Positions 28,200 through 38,510 of a DNA stretch of 63,845 nucleotides are shown piece by piece. The stretch is taken from positions 1 to 63,845 of the forward strand of contig JBDLUE010000001.1 of NCBI GenBank assembly GCA_039805505.1. Reading direction: 5' to 3'. The translations under genes were made by a program, and so were the position numbers. The DNA comes from Actinomycetota bacterium (GTDB taxonomy: Bacteria > Actinomycetota > Actinomycetes > Actinomycetales > Microbacteriaceae). Below the pieces are notes generated by a model. That model had not been told where the DNA came from and searched no databases. It saw only the letters and a list, made by a program, of their open reading frames with translations. Position 1 is the first letter of the stretch; each line of letters begins with the position of its first letter.

Positions 28200-29123
28200 C
28201 TACTCGCTTGAATCTTCAGCGGAGTTCTTCCTGCGACTGGCTAGGTAGTCCTCGAGCTCAGCCGCGATTTCGTCCGCATTGGGAACCTTGTTGGTCGGCT
28301 TGCGAATCGGAGCTTGGTTTGGGCCTGTCTTCTCGTTGAGATAGCCCTGTTCGAGATTCGAAATCATGTTGCCAAGTTCCTCGTTCTCCTGAACCTGTGC
28401 ATTCAGCTTTCCGAGGAACTTAGCGTTTTCATCCCGAAGGTCATCCGTGGGGAAAACCAAACCGGTTGCCATGGTTACCTGCTCGAACGCAGTTACGGCT
28501 GCCTGAGGGTATTCACTCTCGGACAAGTAGTGCGGAACCAGCAATACATAGCCTGCAGTGGGAATCTCGTCTGCTGCGAACCTGTATTCGAGCAGGTGTA
28601 GGACGTTGCCGGGCACTTGAGTCTGAGGGCGCCACTCAGAAGTTTGCTCAATCAAGTTTTTTCTGTTGCCGGAAACCGTTACCCCGACAGACCGCGTGTG
28701 AGGAATTGGGAACGGAATCGCGTGCACCCAGGTGAAGTCTGAAACTGCGTAATAATCGATTATGAACGCCATCGCTTCGGCGAACGCTTCCCATTTGAAG
28801 TCGGGTTCGTAGCCATGCAAGTACAAAAAAGGTTGTCTTGCTTCATCCCAGACCAAATAGATGCCGAGTACTGCAGGCTCATAGGATTCGATGTGGTCTT
28901 TTTCGAAGAACATAACGGGTCTGCGTGAGCGGTAGTCAAGCAACTCGTCATTATTGAAGCTGATCAGCAACTTGTGCTCTAAATTCGAGAAAATCTGCTC
29001 GGCAAACTGACTTACGGTAGAACCGGCGTCAGTGAACCCGCTAAGCCCACCGATCATGTGCAGCCCAAGCGTCACTTCGGAGCTCACATCATGAATAGTG
29101 AACAAGTCTCTCGGCTGAACCAT
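28200..29123 (-). CDS. PAC2 family (proteasome assembly chaperone-like) protein
   Basis: GFTDAG, LLDYRSRRP, GYEPDFKW, PHTR, VPHYL...YPQAA and ADEIAAELEDYLA. Confidence 0.87.
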   Translation of the reverse strand: MVQPRDLFTIHDVSSEVTLGLHMIGGLSGFTDAGSTVSQFAEQIFSNLEHKLLISFNNDELLDYRSRRPVMFFEKDHIESYEPAVLGIYLVWDEARQPFLYLHGYEPDFKWEAFAEAMAFIIDYYAVSDFTWVHAIPFPIPHTRSVGVTVSGNRKNLIEQTSEWRPQTQVPGNVLHLLEYRFAADEIPTAGYVLLVPHYLSESEYPQAAVTAFEQVTMATGLVFPTDDLRDENAKFLGKLNAQVQENEELGNMISNLEQGYLNEKTGPNQAPIRKPTNKVPNADEIAAELEDYLASRRKNSAEDSSE

Positions 29124-29165
29124 GTCTAAATCCTAACTGCGCGTGCCTCCGATTAGCATTGGCAC

Positions 29166-30638
29166 ATGACGAATATCAAGCTCTCTGTTTCTTCAAAAAT
29201 TCCGGTCAGCAAAGCCGGAACGGCCATCGTTATTGGTGTTACTGGAACGAAGGAGAATCTCGTTCTTCTCCCTCACGTTGTAGATACCACTGCTCTGCAG
29301 GGCCTTGACCTAGCCGCACTTGGAGCCTCTTCGAAACTGGAGACGATGATTCGCGTCCCTGCTGCCAACGGCGGCGTGTTCGCACTTATCGGAGCGGGTC
29401 AAGAGGAGCTTGATGAGGATTCGTTGCGCGAGCTTGGGGCGGCTGCGGTTCGAAAGTTGGACGGTTTCAAGGAAATTGTTTTCGACCTTCCAAATGATGA
29501 CGAGCGAGATGCCGTTAGCACCCTAGAAGGTGCCCTTCTCGGTGGATACAGGTACGCCGCTAAGAAGCCGAGTGAAAAGGGCAAGCTAACCTCAATCACG
29601 GTGCTAAGTAATCACAAGGTAAGTAAGCAGAGCATTGAGCGCTCGCAGATCCTTGCTCACTCGGTGAACCGGGTCAGAGACCTAGTAAACACGCCCCCTA
29701 ACCTTCTCTACCCTCAGAGTTTTGCCTCAATCGTTTCTGACGAGGCTGCGAGTCAAGACGTGTCTGTGACAGTGCTCGACGAAAAGGCTCTCAAAGCAGG
29801 CAAATATGGCGGAATCTTGGCAGTGGGTCAAGGTTCTGCTCGCCCACCAAGGCTCGTCAAGATCGAGTATGCCCCTAAGAAGGCGAAGCAGCACTTAGCG
29901 CTTGTTGGTAAAGGAATCACCTTCGACACCGGAGGCATTTCAATCAAGCCAGCAGCCTCGATGGTTGGCATGAAATACGACATGACAGGCGCTGCGACGG
30001 TTTACCAGGCGATTTTGGCCATTGCCGCTCTGAAGTTGCCAGTGAAGGTAACCAGCTACCTGTGCTTGGCTGAGAACATGCCTTCGGGTTCGGCTACCAG
30101 GCCAAATGACGTTATCCAAATTCGCAACGGAAAGACTGTTGAAGTCCTAAACACGGATGCAGAGGGTCGACTGGTTTTGGCCGACGGCCTATCTGCGGCT
30201 TCAGAGCTGAACCCGGACCTGATTGTTGATGTTGCAACACTCACAGGGGCCGCTCGAGTGGCACTTGGCGATCGCTACTCTGCACTTATGGGTACTGCCG
30301 ACGCAGTCTCAGCTGTTGAGGCCGCGGCGTTTGATTCGGGCGAATTGGTTTGGCACATGCCGCTTCCGGCAGAACTTCGAGCTCGATTGGACACCGATGT
30401 AGCTGACATCGCTAACGCAAAAATCGGCTCAACTGCTGGTGGAATGCTGCTCGCAGGTGTCTTCCTGAAGGAGTTCGTTGGCACCGGTAAGGCGGGCGCT
30501 AAGGAGCAGCCGTGGGCCCACCTAGACATAGCAGGCACCGCCAACAATGAAGCCGCGCCTTATGGCTACACGCCCAAGGGCGCGACAGGCGTTGCAGTTA
30601 GAACTCTGGTGAGCCTCGCTGAGGGTATGTCTCGCTAA
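29166..30638 (+). CDS. pepA: Leucyl aminopeptidase (M17)
   Basis: VGKGITFDTGGISIK, MKYDMTGAA, NTDAEGRLVLAD, DVATLTGA and WAHLDIAG. Confidence 0.95.
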   Translation: MTNIKLSVSSKIPVSKAGTAIVIGVTGTKENLVLLPHVVDTTALQGLDLAALGASSKLETMIRVPAANGGVFALIGAGQEELDEDSLRELGAAAVRKLDGFKEIVFDLPNDDERDAVSTLEGALLGGYRYAAKKPSEKGKLTSITVLSNHKVSKQSIERSQILAHSVNRVRDLVNTPPNLLYPQSFASIVSDEAASQDVSVTVLDEKALKAGKYGGILAVGQGSARPPRLVKIEYAPKKAKQHLALVGKGITFDTGGISIKPAASMVGMKYDMTGAATVYQAILAIAALKLPVKVTSYLCLAENMPSGSATRPNDVIQIRNGKTVEVLNTDAEGRLVLADGLSAASELNPDLIVDVATLTGAARVALGDRYSALMGTADAVSAVEAAAFDSGELVWHMPLPAELRARLDTDVADIANAKIGSTAGGMLLAGVFLKEFVGTGKAGAKEQPWAHLDIAGTANNEAAPYGYTPKGATGVAVRTLVSLAEGMSR

Positions 30639-30698
30639 CTAGAGCCATTACAAGTAGTAAACTTTTGTTTGATAGTGAACCTTTAAAGGGAGATATTC

Positions 30699-32075
30699 GT
30701 GGCTGACCACAACTTTGACGTTGTAATTCTTGGTGGCGGAAGCGGTGGCTACGCTGCTGCCCTCCGCTCAGCACAGTTGGGCAAATCTGTTGCCCTAATC
30801 GAAAAGGACAAGCTCGGCGGCACTTGCCTGCACCGTGGTTGCATCCCGACCAAGGCTCTCCTGCACTCAGCCGAGATCGCTGACAACGTGAAAGACGCCG
30901 GCCACTATGGCGTCAACGCATCTTTCGGCTCTATCGACATGCTAGGTGTCAACAAGTATCGCGATGGCATCGTCGACCGACTATTCAAGGGTCTAACCGG
31001 GCTTGTCGGGTCTAAGGACATCACTGTTGTTGCTGGCGAGGGTCGCCTTGTTGGCCCAAAGACCGTTCAGGTAAATGGAGACAACTACACCGGAGCTAAC
31101 GTCGTTCTGGCGTCTGGTTCTTACAGCCGATCACTTCCAGGCCTCGAAATCGGCGGACGAGTTATTACATCCGAACACGCGCTTCAACTTGACTTTGTTC
31201 CAAACAAGGTAATCGTCCTAGGCGGCGGCGTTATTGGTGTCGAGTTCGCTTCGATCTGGCGTTCGTTCGGCGCAGAAGTAACGATTGTCGAGGGTTTGCC
31301 TAGCCTCGTTCCGAACGAAGAACCTGCCGTTAGCAAGGCCCTCGAACGTGCATTCCGCAAGCGCGGAATCGACTTCAAGACAGGCGTTCGATTCTCTGGT
31401 GTCGAACAACACGATTCTGGCGTCGTGGTAACCCTAGAGTCTGGCGAGAAGCTCGAGGCAGAACTAATGCTGGTAGCGGTTGGCCGCGGACCAAACACTG
31501 CCGGCTTGGGGTACGAGGAGCAGGGCATTGCCATGGACCGCGGATGGGTTCTAACTAACGAGCGATTGCAGACAAACATCCCTGGAGTATTTGCAGCCGG
31601 TGACATTGTGCCAGGTCTTCAGCTTGCACACCGTGGTTTCCAGCAGGGCATCTTTATCGCCGAGGAGATTGCTGGCCTAGCGCCAGCGGTTATCGACGAG
31701 TCTGGAATTCCAAAGGTCACCTACTGTGAGCCAGAAATTGCCTCGGTTGGTCTAACCACGGCTCAGGCAACCGAGAAATTCGGTGCAGACAACATCTCAA
31801 CCTATGAGTACAACCTTGGCGGAAACGGTAAGAGCCAGATTCTCGGAACTGCTGGCTTTATCAAGTTGATTCGCCAGAACAACGGCCCTGTCGTTGGTGT
31901 TCACATGATCGGTTCCCGCGTCGGTGAACAGATCGGCGAGGCGCAACTAATCGTGAACTGGGAAGCTTACCCAGAAGACGTTGCCAGCCTGGTACACGCC
32001 CACCCGACCATGAACGAAGCCATCGGCGAAGCGCACCTTGCGCTAGCTGGTAAGCCACTTCACGCACACGCCTAA
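30699..32075 (+). CDS. lpdA: Dihydrolipoyl dehydrogenase (E3)
   Basis: GGGSGGY FAD motif, [13 protein letters not shown] redox disulfide, GGGVIGVE and HAHPTMNE. Confidence 0.96.
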   Translation: MADHNFDVVILGGGSGGYAAALRSAQLGKSVALIEKDKLGGTCLHRGCIPTKALLHSAEIADNVKDAGHYGVNASFGSIDMLGVNKYRDGIVDRLFKGLTGLVGSKDITVVAGEGRLVGPKTVQVNGDNYTGANVVLASGSYSRSLPGLEIGGRVITSEHALQLDFVPNKVIVLGGGVIGVEFASIWRSFGAEVTIVEGLPSLVPNEEPAVSKALERAFRKRGIDFKTGVRFSGVEQHDSGVVVTLESGEKLEAELMLVAVGRGPNTAGLGYEEQGIAMDRGWVLTNERLQTNIPGVFAAGDIVPGLQLAHRGFQQGIFIAEEIAGLAPAVIDESGIPKVTYCEPEIASVGLTTAQATEKFGADNISTYEYNLGGNGKSQILGTAGFIKLIRQNNGPVVGVHMIGSRVGEQIGEAQLIVNWEAYPEDVASLVHAHPTMNEAIGEAHLALAGKPLHAHA

Positions 32076-32104
32076 GAATTCGAAAGTCCCACAAGGAGCA
32101 AGTA

Positions 32105-33493
32105 ATGAGCGAATCAGTAGTACTTCCAGCACTCGGCGAAAGCGTCACCGAGGGAACCGTAACCCGTTGGTTGAAGAACGTAGGCGACACCGTTGCCGTC
32201 GACGAACCTCTAGTTGAGGTGTCGACTGACAAAGTTGACACCGAGATTCCTTCGCCAGTAGCTGGTGTTATCGAGCAGATTCTCGTCCAAGAGGATGAGA
32301 CAGTTCAGGTCGGCGCCGTTCTAGTTATCATCGGCGACGGATCAGGTTCAGCGCCTGCGCCCGCAGCGCCGGCAGCAGAACCTGTTGCCGAGGTAGTTGT
32401 CGCAGCGCCTGTTGTCGAAGCTCCAGCTGTTCAGGCTCCTGTAGTTGCGGCACCGGTTATGGCAGCCCCAGCAGTTCAGGCGCCAGTAGTTCAGGCACCA
32501 GTAGTTCAGGCACCGGTAGTGACCGCTCCGATGGTTTCAGCGCCTGTTGTTGCCGCACCCGCAGTTCCAGCTGCTCCAGTTAGCGACGCCGGCTACGTCA
32601 CTCCCCTAGTTCGTAAGTTGGCAGCAGAGTCAGGCATTGACCTAACCCAGGTTGCAGGAACCGGTGTAGGCGGACGCATCCGCAAGGATGACGTGCTAAA
32701 CGCTCCTTCAGTCGCGCCTTCGGTCACCCCTACGTCAGCACCAGTTGCTGCATTTGTTCCTGGTGAAGCTTCACCTCTTCGTGGCACAACTGAACCAATG
32801 TCTCGCCTCCGCAAGGTTCTCGCAGAGCGAGCTGTGGCATCAATGGTTTCTACCGCGCAGCTCACCACTGTTGTGGAGGTCGATGTAACCAAGATTGCCC
32901 AGCTCCGACAGAAGGTGCAGACAGCGTTCGTGGTCAAGTCTGGCGGGAAGCTCAACTTCATGCCTTTCTTCGCACTAGCTGCGGCCGAAGCTCTTCGTGT
33001 GCACCCTAAGTTGAACGCGACTATCGATGGCGACAACATTGTTTACCACGGCAGCGAGAACATCTCATTTGCAGTAGACACCGAAAAGGGTCTGTTGACT
33101 CCGGTTATCCGCGATGCGGCATCGTTGAACATCATGGAAATCGCACAGCAGATCGCCGACAAGGCAGCAAGGACTCGCGCTAACCAGTTGAAGCCTGACG
33201 AGCTTGGCGGAGGAACCTTCACCTTGACCAACACCGGCTCTCGCGGCGCGTTGTTCGACACTCCAGTCGTTTTCTTGCCACAGGTAGCCATCCTTGGAAC
33301 CGGCGTTGTTACTAAGCGACCAGTAGTAGTAACCGACGCAAATGGCCAGGATGCAATCTCAATCCGAAGCATGGTCTACCTAGCGCTTTCATACGACCAC
33401 CGCTTGGTCGACGGCGCAGACGCAAGCCGATTCCTGGTGGACGTAAAGTCTCGCCTCGAAGACGCAAACTTCGACACTGTTCTAGGTCTATAG
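32105..33493 (+). CDS. sucB: Dihydrolipoamide acyltransferase E2 (DlaT/SucB) with one lipoyl domain
   Basis: Lipoyl [10 protein letters not shown], peripheral subunit-binding [22 protein letters not shown] and catalytic YDHRLVDGA. Confidence 0.93.
   Translation: MSESVVLPALGESVTEGTVTRWLKNVGDTVAVDEPLVEVSTDKVDTEIPSPVAGVIEQILVQEDETVQVGAVLVIIGDGSGSAPAPAAPAAEPVAEVVVAAPVVEAPAVQAPVVAAPVMAAPAVQAPVVQAPVVQAPVVTAPMVSAPVVAAPAVPAAPVSDAGYVTPLVRKLAAESGIDLTQVAGTGVGGRIRKDDVLNAPSVAPSVTPTSAPVAAFVPGEASPLRGTTEPMSRLRKVLAERAVASMVSTAQLTTVVEVDVTKIAQLRQKVQTAFVVKSGGKLNFMPFFALAAAEALRVHPKLNATIDGDNIVYHGSENISFAVDTEKGLLTPVIRDAASLNIMEIAQQIADKAARTRANQLKPDELGGGTFTLTNTGSRGALFDTPVVFLPQVAILGTGVVTKRPVVVTDANGQDAISIRSMVYLALSYDHRLVDGADASRFLVDVKSRLEDANFDTVLGL
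32405..32569 (+). repeat. Eleven degenerate 15-bp tandem repeats encoding AP(V/A/M)(V/M)x pentapeptides in the E2 linker
   Basis: [55 protein letters not shown]; DNA core CCAGTAGTTCAGGCA repeated near-perfectly around 32468-32512. Confidence 0.85.
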
Positions 33494-33502
33494 TTTCAAA
33501 AC

Positions 33503-34009
33503 TCAGAGATCTCCCGACTGCCGCTCAGGTGGTCGGGAGATCTTTTTAACTTGCCAGCGAGTATTTGCGAGTTCCCAGCGCACACGAAACACCGCGGACT
33601 CCTTTGACGCCTCGCATCGGTAATCGGCGATTAGCACTCCACCAAGCGAATGACTCGCTATGAACTCGAAGCCTGCAACTAGCGGTGACGCAGCCCTCGA
33701 AGCCATTTCAACCCCCTTCGCGGAAATGGAGCCTTCAACATCACAGGTTTTTGGGGCTACTGGTGTTCCAGGGGTGGGTTCTGTCGCTTTCGGAGTCTGG
33801 ACTGGAGGCTCAAACAGATGTCCCCCTAGCCCTAGAGCAGAGCCACCGAAAACCGCTAACCAGGTAACTGAGATTATCGCGGGACGGGTGAATTTCCGCA
33901 TTCGAACCTGAAAACCTTCCCGAAGTGAGAAGTGACGTTCACGTGCACGCACCCAGTTCGTGAAACACCTATTTCGCTTAACATCGGGCAGGAACTTCTG
34001 GGCTCTCAT
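33503..34009 (-). CDS. Hypothetical single-pass membrane or secreted protein
   Basis: The only long ORF filling the sucB-lipB gap. One hydrophobic segment (PAIISVTWLAVFGGSALGLGG), a Pro/Thr linker and a small C-terminal domain with two Cys. Start uncertain. Confidence 0.55.
   Translation of the reverse strand: MRAQKFLPDVKRNRCFTNWVRARERHFSLREGFQVRMRKFTRPAIISVTWLAVFGGSALGLGGHLFEPPVQTPKATEPTPGTPVAPKTCDVEGSISAKGVEMASRAASPLVAGFEFIASHSLGGVLIADYRCEASKESAVFRVRWELANTRWQVKKISRPPERQSGDL
33505..33547 (+). terminator. Intrinsic terminator after sucB/dlaT
   Basis: AGATCTCCCGACTGCC-GCTCA-GGTGGTCGGGAGATCT followed by a T-run. Confidence 0.8.
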
Positions 34010-34111
34010 AAGAAAATGATGAAGCCTTAGGAAGATAGAAATACCTAGCCCGAAAGAACTGTTGACAACCTTGCCGAGATCTCGGTGCCCAGAACAACTT
34101 AGAATTGCACA

Positions 34112-34747
34112 ATGCCTGATTTTCTCACCGCCGGCCTAGCGCCTGACTTCGTTGACTACGATGCGGGTTGGGAACTTCAGCGACAAATTCATCATGAAGT
34201 TGCTTCTGGCAGCCGACCTGACACGGTCATTCTCCTTGAGCACACACCGGTTTATACCGCTGGTAAGCGTACCGAAGACACTGAACGTCCGCAGGATGGG
34301 ACTCCCGTGATCGATGTTGACCGTGGTGGCAAAATAACCTGGCACGGTCCTGGACAGTTGATTGGTTACCCGATCATGCAACTTCCAAGACCGATCGATG
34401 TGGTCGGCTACGTGCGCTGGCTCGAACAGGTGCTGATCGATTCGATTGCAGAGTTCGGCCTGTTCACAGAGCGCGTTGAGGGAAGAAGCGGAGTATGGGC
34501 CCCGCTCGACGGAACCCACGTGAAGGTTGCTGCAATCGGTATCAGGGTTGCAGAACACACAACGATGCATGGGTTCGCGCTGAACTGCAACAACTCTCTA
34601 GAACCATATGAAACGATTATCGCTTGCGGCATCCGGGACGCGACAGTCAGCACACTTTCGCGTTTGTTGAATCGTGAGATAACTCCACAAATGGCGTCAG
34701 AAGCAATTCAAAGACACCTCAAAGAGATTGGCAAAGTCAACTTATGA
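34112..34747 (+). CDS. lipB: Lipoyl(octanoyl) transferase
   Basis: [33 protein letters not shown] and HGFALN...IIACG. Confidence 0.95.
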   Translation: MPDFLTAGLAPDFVDYDAGWELQRQIHHEVASGSRPDTVILLEHTPVYTAGKRTEDTERPQDGTPVIDVDRGGKITWHGPGQLIGYPIMQLPRPIDVVGYVRWLEQVLIDSIAEFGLFTERVEGRSGVWAPLDGTHVKVAAIGIRVAEHTTMHGFALNCNNSLEPYETIIACGIRDATVSTLSRLLNREITPQMASEAIQRHLKEIGKVNL

Positions 34748-35748
34748 CAGTGAATGAGCAAAAACCAGAGCGCAAACTACTGCGCATCGAAGCTCGCAAT
34801 AGTGCCGTGCCGATTGAAAAGAAGCCGAGTTGGATCAAAACTACTGCGAAGATGGGCCCGGAATACCAGGCGCTGCAATCGCTGGTAAAAGGAGAAAACC
34901 TTCACACCGTGTGCCAGGAGGCCGGTTGCCCGAACATCTTCGAATGTTGGGAAGATCGCGAGGCAACATTCCTGATTGGTGGCTCACAGTGCACCCGCCG
35001 TTGCGATTTCTGCCAAATTGACACTGGCAAGCCCGACAACTTCGATCCAGACGAGCCTCGCAGGGTCGGTGATTCAGTCAAGAAGATGGAGCTTCGATAT
35101 GCGACCGTGACGGGTGTCGCCCGCGACGATCTTCCCGACGAGGGTGCTTGGCTTTACGCCGAAACGATTCGCCAAATACACAAGCAATCACCTGGAACCG
35201 GAGTAGAGATCTTGGTGCCGGACTTCTCTGGCAAGCCTGAACTCCTGCTAAAGGTTTTTGAGGCTGCTCCTGAGGTTTTCGCGCACAACGTTGAAACCGT
35301 ACCGAGAATCTTTAAGCAGATTCGCCCAGCTTTCACCTACGAACGTTCGATGGATGTAATCACCCAGGCGCGCAACTACGGTTTGGTCACCAAATCGAAT
35401 CTAATTCTTGGCATGGGTGAAACCCGAGAAGAGATTTCGCAGGCTATGCAAGATCTATTCGACGCTGGCACAGACATTCTTACGATCACTCAATATCTTC
35501 GCCCGACTCCAAAGCACCACCCAGTTTCCCGATGGGTCAAGCCAGAAGAATTTGTGGAGATGAAAATTGAGGCTGAGGAGATGGGTTTCCTTGGAGTTCT
35601 CAGCGGCCCACTGGTTCGAAGTTCATACCGAGCTGGTCGACTTTGGGCAACCTCAATGCAGAAGAAGGGTCTTGAAATACCTTCCCACCTGCAACACCTC
35701 GCGGACGCGGCGGCCAAGGATGGCTTCTCACAAGCCGTCAGCAGTTAG
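34744..35748 (+). CDS. lipA: Lipoyl synthase (radical SAM)
   Basis: [20 protein letters not shown] and LVRSSY. Confidence 0.97.
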   Translation: MTVNEQKPERKLLRIEARNSAVPIEKKPSWIKTTAKMGPEYQALQSLVKGENLHTVCQEAGCPNIFECWEDREATFLIGGSQCTRRCDFCQIDTGKPDNFDPDEPRRVGDSVKKMELRYATVTGVARDDLPDEGAWLYAETIRQIHKQSPGTGVEILVPDFSGKPELLLKVFEAAPEVFAHNVETVPRIFKQIRPAFTYERSMDVITQARNYGLVTKSNLILGMGETREEISQAMQDLFDAGTDILTITQYLRPTPKHHPVSRWVKPEEFVEMKIEAEEMGFLGVLSGPLVRSSYRAGRLWATSMQKKGLEIPSHLQHLADAAAKDGFSQAVSS

Positions 35749-35757
35749 GCTAAACCT

Positions 35758-36441
35758 ATGGCTAAAAAGAACAAAGAACCTGGGCGCATTGCCCAACTGC
35801 TAAAGATCTACAAGATGACCATGGCGGCTGACAAGACCGCTATTTGGTGGGCTTTGATGGCTTTGGCCATCGGAGCACTCGTTGGAGTTGTTCTGGGTGC
35901 AACCCTAGGGTCGGCTACCACCGTCGGTTTCTCGGTGTGGATTACCTCTGGTGTTCTATTTGGTTTCCTAGCGGCACTATTAGTGATGTCTAAGAAGGCA
36001 GAGGCTGTTGCCTACGGGCAGATTGAGGGACAGCCGGGCGCCGTTAGTGCGGTGATGCGCTCCGCTCTGAAGCGCGGTTGGCGAGGCAGCGAAGTTCCCG
36101 TCGCCGTCAATCGCAACTATGACGCCGTGTACCGTGCGATCGGGCCAGCTGGCGTAGTTCTAATCGGTGAAGGCGTTCGTTCCCGTGTAAAGCTAATGCT
36201 GGAGGACGAGCGACGTAAAATTCAGCGCTCGGTTCCAGGAGTGGATGTGAAGTTCATCTGGGTCACCCAGGATGAAGATTCAACCAAACTAAGCAAACTT
36301 GCTCCATCGCTATTCAAATTGAAGCGAGTGCTAAACCGTTCCGAGATCAGCGCAATCGATAAGCGTTTGGCAGCGATTGCAACCTCAATGCCTATTCCAA
36401 AGGGAATCGACCCGAAACGGATGCGAGCTCAGCGACGCTAA
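35758..36441 (+). CDS. DUF4191 family membrane protein
   Basis: Two TM segments, AYGQIEGQPGA, GPAGVVLIGEG and PIPKGIDP; conserved lipA-DUF4191-RDD-glnA order. Confidence 0.87.
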   Translation: MAKKNKEPGRIAQLLKIYKMTMAADKTAIWWALMALAIGALVGVVLGATLGSATTVGFSVWITSGVLFGFLAALLVMSKKAEAVAYGQIEGQPGAVSAVMRSALKRGWRGSEVPVAVNRNYDAVYRAIGPAGVVLIGEGVRSRVKLMLEDERRKIQRSVPGVDVKFIWVTQDEDSTKLSKLAPSLFKLKRVLNRSEISAIDKRLAAIATSMPIPKGIDPKRMRAQRR

Positions 36442-36451
36442 TCAACTAAGT

Positions 36452-36481
36452 AAAAATCCACTCGGAAGCGAGTGGGTTTTT
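36452..36481. terminator. Bidirectional terminator between DUF4191 and RDD genes
   Basis: AAAAATCCACTCG-GAAG-CGAGTGGGTTTTT. Confidence 0.8.
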
Positions 36482-36877
36482 CTACTTAATGCGCACTAAA
36501 ACCGTGCCGGCCGCCTTATCTTGAAGACCTCGATTGTCCCCATCCCAGATTGTCGCTGGGATGACCAAAAGAATTAGAACAATGCGGATGAGTGAGCGCC
36601 CTAAGCCTACGTACTGACCATCGAGACGTCGAACCTGTAAGCCTAGAATTCGGTGCCCAGCGCTGTAGCCAAGTGTGCCTACGAAAAGAAGATGCATGAG
36701 CGCAAAAACGCCGAGAGTTACCGCTGAATCTCCGGCCGCGAAGGCCTGAGACACAAGCATGGCGAGAGCCCAGTCGATTGCTAGCGCGAGCATACGACGC
36801 CCAATTTTTGCGAGACTGCCAGGACCTGACTCAGGCAGACCTAGGCGTTCGCCGGCCCATTTTTGTGCATCTGTCAT
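36482..36877 (-). CDS. RDD family membrane protein
   Basis: GERLGLPESGPGSLA, RRMLALAIDW and DNRGLQDKAAGT. Confidence 0.88.
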   Translation of the reverse strand: MTDAQKWAGERLGLPESGPGSLAKIGRRMLALAIDWALAMLVSQAFAAGDSAVTLGVFALMHLLFVGTLGYSAGHRILGLQVRRLDGQYVGLGRSLIRIVLILLVIPATIWDGDNRGLQDKAAGTVLVRIK

Positions 36878-36898
36878 GCAATGAGACTATTCGAAAGT

Positions 36899-36914
36899 TT
36901 TACATTCCCGAAAC
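36899..36914 (+). promoter_or_regulatory. Putative GlnR box upstream of glnA
   Basis: TTTAC-ATTCCC-GAAAC(AT), the same TTTAC-N6-GAAACAT pattern seen upstream of the amt pair. Confidence 0.7.
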
Positions 36915-37007
36915 ATGTTTCCAGAAGGGCTACAAGCCTTGTATCGGTAGGATTATCAGTGATGGTAAAAGATGCCCATCCAAAATCCAATTGAAGGGAA
37001 ACCCCCT

Positions 37008-38444
37008 ATGTTCAAGACTGCCTCTGAGGTCGTTGCGTACATCAAGGAAAACGACGTAAAGTTCCTTGACGTTCGCTTCACCGACCTACCTGGTGTTCAG
37101 CAGCACTTCAACCTTCCAGCCGCAATGATCGATGAGCAGTTCTTCATCGATGGTCAGCTTTTCGATGGTTCGTCGATCCGCGGTTTCGCGTCGATCCACG
37201 AATCAGACATGCAGATCATCCCTGACGTGACCACTGCCTACCTTGACGCGTTCCGCGCCGAGAAGACTCTGATCATGATCTTCGACATCTACAACCCACG
37301 CAACGGCGAGATTTACGGTCGCGACCCTCGTCAGACCGCTCGCAAGGCACAGGCATACTTGGCAAGCACCGGCATTGCCGACACCGCTTTCTTCGCGCCT
37401 GAGGCAGAGTTCTTCATCTTCGATGACGTTCGTTTCGAGTACAAGCAGAACAGCTCAATGCACTTCATCGACTCAGATGAGGCAGCCTGGAACTCAGGCC
37501 GCGACGAGCGCGTAAACGGTCAGGGTGGAAACCTTGCAAACAAGACTCCATACAAGGGCGGCTACTTCCCGGTAACCCCAGTTGACAAGCACGCAGACAT
37601 GCGCGACAACATCGTTCTTGAGCTGATCGCTGCTGGCCTTGAGGTCGAGCGCAGCCACCACGAGGTCGGCACCGCAGGTCAGGGTGAAATCAACTACAAG
37701 TTCGACACTCTTCTTTCATCTGCAGACGACATTCTGAAGTTCAAGTACATCGTCAAGAACGTTGCTGAGCAGTGGGGCAAGGTTGCTACCTTCATGCCTA
37801 AGCCACTCTTCGGTGACAACGGTTCAGGTATGCACGTCCACATGTCGTTGTGGAAGGAAGGCAAGCCTTTGTTCTACGACGAGTCAGGTTACGGTGGTCT
37901 TTCAGACATCGCTCGCTGGTACATCGGCGGTATCCTCAAGCACGCTCCATCACTGCTTGCGTTCACCAACCCGTCAGTAAACAGCTACCACCGTCTGGTT
38001 CCAGGCTTCGAAGCTCCAGTAAACCTTGTTTACTCAGCTGGAAACCGCTCGGCTGCAATCCGCATCCCGATGACCGGAACCAACCCTAAGGCCAAGCGCA
38101 TCGAGTTCCGCGCTCCTGACGCCTCATCGAACCCATACCTAGCATTCGCTGCAATGCTTATGGCTGGAATCGACGGCATCAAGAACCGCATCGAGCCACA
38201 CGAGCCTGTCGACAAGGACCTATACGAGCTACCTCCTGAGGAAGCAAAGTTGATCCCACAGGTTCCTGGAAACCTAGAGGCTGTTCTTCAGGCTCTCGAA
38301 GCTGACCACGACTACCTGCTAGAGGGCGGCGTGTTCACTAAGGACCTAATCGAAACTTGGATTGACTACAAGCGCGTTCACGAGATTCAGCCGATCGCAC
38401 TTCGTCCACACCCATACGAGTTCGAGCTTTACTTCGGCGTATAA
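37008..38444 (+). CDS. glnA: Glutamine synthetase type I (GSI-beta)
   Basis: [49 protein letters not shown] and adenylylation site [10 protein letters not shown]. Start ATG 37008 after SD GAAGGG. Confidence 0.97.
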   Translation: MFKTASEVVAYIKENDVKFLDVRFTDLPGVQQHFNLPAAMIDEQFFIDGQLFDGSSIRGFASIHESDMQIIPDVTTAYLDAFRAEKTLIMIFDIYNPRNGEIYGRDPRQTARKAQAYLASTGIADTAFFAPEAEFFIFDDVRFEYKQNSSMHFIDSDEAAWNSGRDERVNGQGGNLANKTPYKGGYFPVTPVDKHADMRDNIVLELIAAGLEVERSHHEVGTAGQGEINYKFDTLLSSADDILKFKYIVKNVAEQWGKVATFMPKPLFGDNGSGMHVHMSLWKEGKPLFYDESGYGGLSDIARWYIGGILKHAPSLLAFTNPSVNSYHRLVPGFEAPVNLVYSAGNRSAAIRIPMTGTNPKAKRIEFRAPDASSNPYLAFAAMLMAGIDGIKNRIEPHEPVDKDLYELPPEEAKLIPQVPGNLEAVLQALEADHDYLLEGGVFTKDLIETWIDYKRVHEIQPIALRPHPYEFELYFGV

Positions 38445-38460
38445 GTCTTAGTAAGCAAAG

Positions 38461-38496
38461 AAAAGGTCCCTGCCATAGCGGCGGGGACCTTTTTTT
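38461..38496. terminator. Intrinsic terminator between glnA and glnE
   Basis: AAAAGGTCCCTGCC-ATAGC-GGCGGGGACCTTTTTTT. Confidence 0.85.
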
Positions 38497-38510
38497 CTTG
38501 CTAGTTCTCA

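Noticed and set aside
32405-32569. Tandem repeats as a possible CRISPR array
   Set aside because: 15-bp in-frame coding repeats with no unique spacers, and no cas genes in the window.
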